A DNA stretch of 64,000 nt from Podarcis tiliguerta (lineage: Eukaryota). The notes beneath the pieces were generated by a model. It saw only the letters and a program-made list of their open reading frames with translations. It had not been told where the DNA came from and did not search any database. The DNA is taken from the NCBI GenBank assembly GCA_965153285.1, contig OZ229115.1; one strand, written 5' to 3'. Made by a program: the position numbers and the translations under genes. Shown one piece after another: positions 61,968 through 64,000 of this stretch; position 1 is the stretch's first letter, and the number at the start of each line of letters is the position of its first letter.

Positions 61968-62209
61968 CAGTGGTACCTCAGGTTACATACGCTTCAGGTT
62001 ACAGACGCTTCAGGTTACAGACTCCGCTAAACCAGAAATAGTACCTCGGGTTAAGAACTTTGCTTCAGGATGAGAACAGAAATTGTGCTCCGGTGGTGGG
62101 GCGTCAGCAGGAGGCCCCATTACCTAAAGTGGTACCTCAGGTTAAGAACAATTGCAGGTTAAGAACAGACCTCCAGAACAAATTAAGTTCTTAACCCGAG
62201 GTACCACTG
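61968..62209. mobile_element. Tc1/mariner-type MITE, 242 bp (copy 3, inverted)
   Basis: Same TIRs, TA TSD and length; reverse complement of copies 1 and 2. Confidence 0.9.
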
Positions 62210-62471
62210 TAATCAAAATACAGGTCAAGCAAAAGTGTTGCTGAGCCCTAAGAGGAGAGCAAAGTTGTGATGGGAAATTGTAGGGTTAACGTTAAGGTTT
62301 TCACTATATTGGGAGCAAAGGACTCCACCCTTAGACTGTGCTTGTGGTTACTTTGATTTTCCTACTCAGTCTTGTGCTTGCTTGTTCTTCAGCGGACAGC
62401 CTATGATTTGGGACCTATGAAATTTCATGAGGAATGTTGGAGGGTATGTCTGAAAAGTGAGTACTGTAAAC

Positions 62472-62597
62472 CATGGGCGTGGCTAGGATTTTTGTTGGGG
62501 TGGCAGGCCTTTTGTTAGGGGGAGACAGAAGCTCAGTTTGCTATGCATTTTTATAGATTTTTAGCGATGGAGGGGCTCTTCCCTGCCCCTGCCCATG
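62472..62597. mobile_element. Short hAT-type MITE, 126 bp
   Basis: TIR CATGGGC...GCCCATG; perfect TSD CTGTAAAC. Confidence 0.8.
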
Positions 62598-63408
62598 CTG
62601 TAAACAGAAGAGGTGGCTGGCTGTGGCCCCAGTTATGTGTGCCCAGAAGGCCCACTGCAAACTGGAACACCTGGCTGCTGAGTGCTCACTGAGCTGCCCC
62701 GCCCACACTAGAATTGCTCCCCCCCCGGGGGGGCTTTGGGTGGAGCCAATTTTCTAACTGGAATGTCATATTGGGCCTGTATCATGCCAGCTTCTCTTGT
62801 GATTTTGTGTGTTGACTGCCAGCTCACAAACCATCTTGGGTTCACACCCAACTCCACAGCTCAGTGGCCGACGTGCTGAGCATATGAGCAGTTCTCTCTT
62901 CTCAGTGCAACCCAATCCGCACATGCTAGCTGCCAGCAGCTAGGGTCTGAATGCAGAAGAACCAGTTTGCTGGTTGGTCCAAGGTTAAGTTGGCTGCAAG
63001 GTCTGGATGCCTTTCCCCCGCTTTATGTGCATTGCATTTGGAGTGTCAACCACACTAGGTTCAATGTTCCGCTGCCTTTCCTGCTCTGCTTCTCCTAGAG
63101 AGGCATTTGGAGAGCAGTTACATCCACTCACTCTAGCAGACCTTAGCAACACTAGCCTTCCCAGATTACAGGGCAAACAATCTAAACTGGGGAGCAGTTG
63201 GTATGGTGCAATGACAGTCCTGTCACCAATGAAACCGTACAAAAGGGTTGCTAGAAATGTTGCACCAGTATATACACCGCATTGTATTTAAATCAAAGAA
63301 TGCGCTCCTCTTTTGATAGGCAAGCAACTACCATGGATTCAGTCTATGGTGCGTGTTGCTTGTGGTCTGTCAACAGAAGCACATATCTCACTTTATCCAT
63401 TATCAGGC

Positions 63409-63628
63409 CAGTGGCAGAGCTTCATGCTCCAGCACAGGGGGCGGAGAGCAGGCGGAGGCGGGGCTGGAGTGCGTCCCGTGGGCGTGGCACGCTGCCTGCA
63501 GGGGCGTGGTGTGCGTCCTGGGGGTGTGTCACCCAGTGCGGGTGGGGGTACAGCTGTGATGGCACCCCACCGGGATCGTGCTGCTGGGGGTGGTGCGCTC
63601 ACCCCACACTCCTCTTCCTCCACCAGTG
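63409..63628. mobile_element. GC-rich hAT-type MITE, 220 bp
   Basis: Perfect 8-bp TSD TATCAGGC; imperfect TIRs CAGTGGCAGAG / CTCCACCAGTG. Confidence 0.8.
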
Positions 63629-64000
63629 TATCAGGCTAGCTCTGAACCTAATTTTGCTTAACATGTGTCTCCAACTTCCACTTTTGTAATGTTCTGTAGG
63701 GACCAATCTAATCAACAGTCAGATCTCTCAATACCTTTTTTCAAAAACAGCCTGGCCTTAACCAAAATTGGAAGAGGACTGCGGCACACACCATTGCCTT
63801 GAGCGAAATCACACATGCACACAAAGCTGTTAATACCCTTTCTGGGGCTTAGAGTAGATTGGGCGATTCAAGGGGGCTGGAAAATAACACTGACATCCAG
63901 TTAAAGACCTCTCATATATCATCTAGGTTGGTCCTAAATAGCAGAGAAATAAAAGATGATTGAGGTTTATTTGGGTTTAGTCTAGGCTTGATGCTTTTGA

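Overview
Eukaryotic genomic DNA from a squamate reptile. Sauria-type SINEs, Squam3-like SINEs and a BovB fragment point to this, and a lacertid lizard is my best guess. The window holds most of the glycine transporter 1 gene (SLC6A9/GlyT1) on the minus strand. From the 5' end it has a CpG-island promoter with a probable non-coding exon 1 (~48464-48690), the GlyT1a start exon (MAEKCSEGLL, 40250-40279), a probable GlyT1b-type alternative first exon with its own TATA box (MSSQGVPCPQEQ, 23463-23498), and nine common coding exons (6785 down to 260) with consistent splice phases. The gene continues off the left edge. The introns and the upstream 15 kb are filled with short non-autonomous transposons (hAT, Tc1/mariner, Harbinger-like MITEs, many with intact TSDs), SINEs and LINE/Penelope fragments. 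The best leads are: a GC-AG intron; ATF4 (CARE) sites, one of which supplies a uORF start codon; spliced and in-frame uORFs in both leaders; one or two further candidate first exons; an ~85-bp inverted repeat pair bracketing all the internal alternative exons; a 58-nt orphan hairpin; and decayed Penelope hammerhead-ribozyme motifs. I see no firm evidence for a wholly new biological system. Most long ORFs in the track are GC-rich or repeat-derived artefacts. Repeat family names come from recalled consensus motifs, not from database searches.
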